Part shown: positions 62,547-64,000 of the stretch, in pieces
Numbering within the stretch: position 1 is the stretch's first letter
How the letters are laid out: every line of letters begins with the position of its first letter
Translations under genes and position numbers: made by a program
Source: Verrucomicrobiia bacterium
GTDB taxonomy: Bacteria; Patescibacteriota; Saccharimonadia; Saccharimonadales; JAGQNK01
DNA length: 64,000 nucleotides
Assembly (NCBI GenBank): GCA_035489575.1
Contig: DATHJY010000005.1
Span: forward strand, 6,612 to 70,611
Reading direction: 5' to 3'
Notes under the pieces: model-generated
Database searches by the model: none
Told to the model about the DNA's origin: nothing
What the model saw: the letters and a program-made list of their open reading frames with translations, nothing else

Positions 62547-63644
62547 ATGAAGCACATCGTCATTGACGCCCGTATCCGTCCCAGCAGTACGGGTCGCTAT
62601 GTTGACCGCCTGATGGAACACCTGCAAAAGATCGATACCGAAAACACCTACACCGTTCTTCTTGAGCCCGGCGACAACTGGCAGCCGACCGCACCCAACT
62701 TTACCGCACAGGTCTGTCCCTACAAGCGATTTACTTTTAATCTCCTCGAACAAATCACCTATGGCCGCTACTTACGCAAACTAAACCCAGATCTGGTGCA
62801 CTTTAGTATGACACCGCTAGAACCAATCTTTTATTTCGGCAAACGTATTACCACCACCCATGACCTCACCATGTTGCGCTATACCCGTGCTGGCAAAACG
62901 CCCTTGCCGCTTCATTGGGCGCGCATGACAGGGTATCGGTTTCTGTTTTGGTACAGCCACAAAGCAGCCAACCGCATTATTGCTATCAGCAAGTTTGTAG
63001 CCAACGATATTGCGCAACTACATCCTTTTGCCGCCAAGAAAACCATCGTTACCTACGAATCTAGTGAGCCGCCACTAAAGGCCGCAGCCCAGCCTCTTAA
63101 AGGAGTAAATCAGCCCTTTATTATGCATACCGGCATCCCCTTCCCGCACAAAAACCTGGAACGATTAGTGCAAGCCTTTGAACTTATGAAAGAAAAACAG
63201 CCCGACCTGCAACTAGTGCTATCGGGCAAAAAAGAATATTACTTTGAGGAATTTATAAAGCAGCTGGCCACCAGTCCAGTCAGAGATTCCATTATCATTC
63301 CGGGTTTTGTTACCGACCCAGAGCTAAAGTGGCTCTATGAACACGCCGAGGCCTACGTACTGCCAGCTCTCAGCGAGGGCTTTGGGCTGCCTGGTCTAGA
63401 GGCTATGGCCCATGGCTGCCCACTCGTAAGCAGCAATGCCACCTGCCTGCCAGAAGTCTATGGCGAGGCAGCACTGTATTTCGATCCAGAAAACATAGAG
63501 GATATAGCCGCCAAGGTAGGGCAGGTCATAGATGACAAAAAGCTCCGTAAAGAACTAACCACGAAGGGTCAGGCCCAGCTCAAAAAATACTCCTGGGAGC
63601 GCATGGCCGAACAAACCCTAGCCCTCTATAACTCCGTCCTCTAA
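62547..63644 (+). CDS. glycosyltransferase family 4
   Basis: EGFGLPGLEAMAHGCPLVSS motif. 365 aa. Confidence 0.8.
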   Translation: MKHIVIDARIRPSSTGRYVDRLMEHLQKIDTENTYTVLLEPGDNWQPTAPNFTAQVCPYKRFTFNLLEQITYGRYLRKLNPDLVHFSMTPLEPIFYFGKRITTTHDLTMLRYTRAGKTPLPLHWARMTGYRFLFWYSHKAANRIIAISKFVANDIAQLHPFAAKKTIVTYESSEPPLKAAAQPLKGVNQPFIMHTGIPFPHKNLERLVQAFELMKEKQPDLQLVLSGKKEYYFEEFIKQLATSPVRDSIIIPGFVTDPELKWLYEHAEAYVLPALSEGFGLPGLEAMAHGCPLVSSNATCLPEVYGEAALYFDPENIEDIAAKVGQVIDDKKLRKELTTKGQAQLKKYSWERMAEQTLALYNSVL

Positions 63645-64000
63645 GCAGCGCTAGGAGCCGGCTTCAGAACAATGTGGCGGTCTCGCCCCTCGCCCTCTGA
63701 TTCTGTCTGTAGCCCCTCTTCTGAAGCCATCTTGTGTATAGTGCGACGGTCAGCAGCGTTCATGGGCTGCAGGTGCATCACCTCGCCCGTCTCCTTGACT
63801 TTCTTGACCCAGTCGGCAGCCTGGCCAACCAAACGGTCAGCTCGAGCCTTCTTGTAATCAGCAACGTCTATGTTAACCCGGGTTTTCTCAAAGTTCTTGC
63901 TGCGCAGGGCATTGCTGACAAGAAATTGCAGTGCCCGCATAGTCTCGCCGCGCTGGCCAATCAGGAAACCGTTCAGGTGCGTAGACGGCACATGTAGTTC
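63641..64000 (-). CDS. Jag/KhpB-type RNA-binding protein (KH + R3H domains); N-terminus beyond the window end
   Basis: KH GxxG IGQRGETMRALQ. R3H region MNAADRRTIHKMASEEGLQTESEGEGRDRHIV. The reading frame is open to position 64000. Confidence 0.75.
   Translation of the reverse strand, partial: ELHVPSTHLNGFLIGQRGETMRALQFLVSNALRSKNFEKTRVNIDVADYKKARADRLVGQAADWVKKVKETGEVMHLQPMNAADRRTIHKMASEEGLQTESEGEGRDRHIVLKPAPSAA

Noticed and set aside
62289-62753. 154-aa minus-strand ORF spanning the Wzy-like/GT4 divergent junction.
   Set aside because: It overlaps the 5' ends of two supported genes and their intergenic promoter region in a different frame.
1-64000. A search by eye for tRNA, rRNA, tmRNA, RNase P, IS transposases, integrases and cas genes.
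   Set aside because: None was recognised: no T-loop GGTTCGAATCC-type strings, no long non-coding stretches compatible with rRNA, and no DDE or tyrosine-recombinase ORFs. A tRNAscan/Infernal run would be needed to be definitive.

Overview
The window is a gene-dense bacterial segment of about 80 CDS with roughly 50% GC and the standard genetic code. I found no rRNA, tRNA, CRISPR array, transposase or integrase by eye. The gene content fits a small-genome monoderm such as Patescibacteria/Saccharibacteria or an Actinobacteria-like lineage: archaeal-type AspRS, many small zinc-ribbon ORFs, dense toxin-antitoxin modules, and GT-C/GtrA envelope enzymes. That lineage guess is inference only.

Positions 1-24 kb hold housekeeping and accessory genes. 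These include two ABC exporters, an AlkA-like glycosylase, aspS, a DUF21-CBS transporter, a DsbA-like protein, a Kef-type antiporter, nadD, uppP and several hydrolases.

Positions 24.5-63.6 kb form one large cell-surface glycan island:
- a WbaP-like initiating transferase and about 8 GT4/GT2 transferases
- three GT-C/Wzy-like membrane enzymes and two GtrA proteins
- the Wzm/Wzt exporter and FkbM/class I methyltransferases
- the full GDP-D-rhamnose precursor set (PMM-like, manC, gmd, rmd)

Five type II toxin-antitoxin pairs are scattered through the window (Doc/AbrB and four PIN-based pairs).

The most interesting signal is a two-copy structured RNA of about 165-200 nt, at 7783-7984 and 13619-13781, on the minus strand.
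- **Placement:** each copy abuts the start codon of an unrelated gene. One is a CNNM/CorB-like transporter. The other leads an orphan operon of cysteine-rich proteins ending in nadD.
- **Structure support:** the copies show compensatory base changes, and their G.U pairs form only on the minus strand.
- **Regulatory potential:** the closing helix buries the SD and AUG.
- **Identity:** I cannot place it in any known riboswitch or leader family.

Other leads:
- a GtrB/GtrA/GT-C module with an embedded flavin-oxidase plus SDR pair, a DprE1/DprE2-like logic built from non-homologous parts
- a uniform leaderless promoter-operator architecture at the TA loci
- a G7 homopolymer frameshift in a glycosyltransferase
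- Wzt-CBM plus coiled-coil FkbM methyltransferases, suggesting a chain-terminator system
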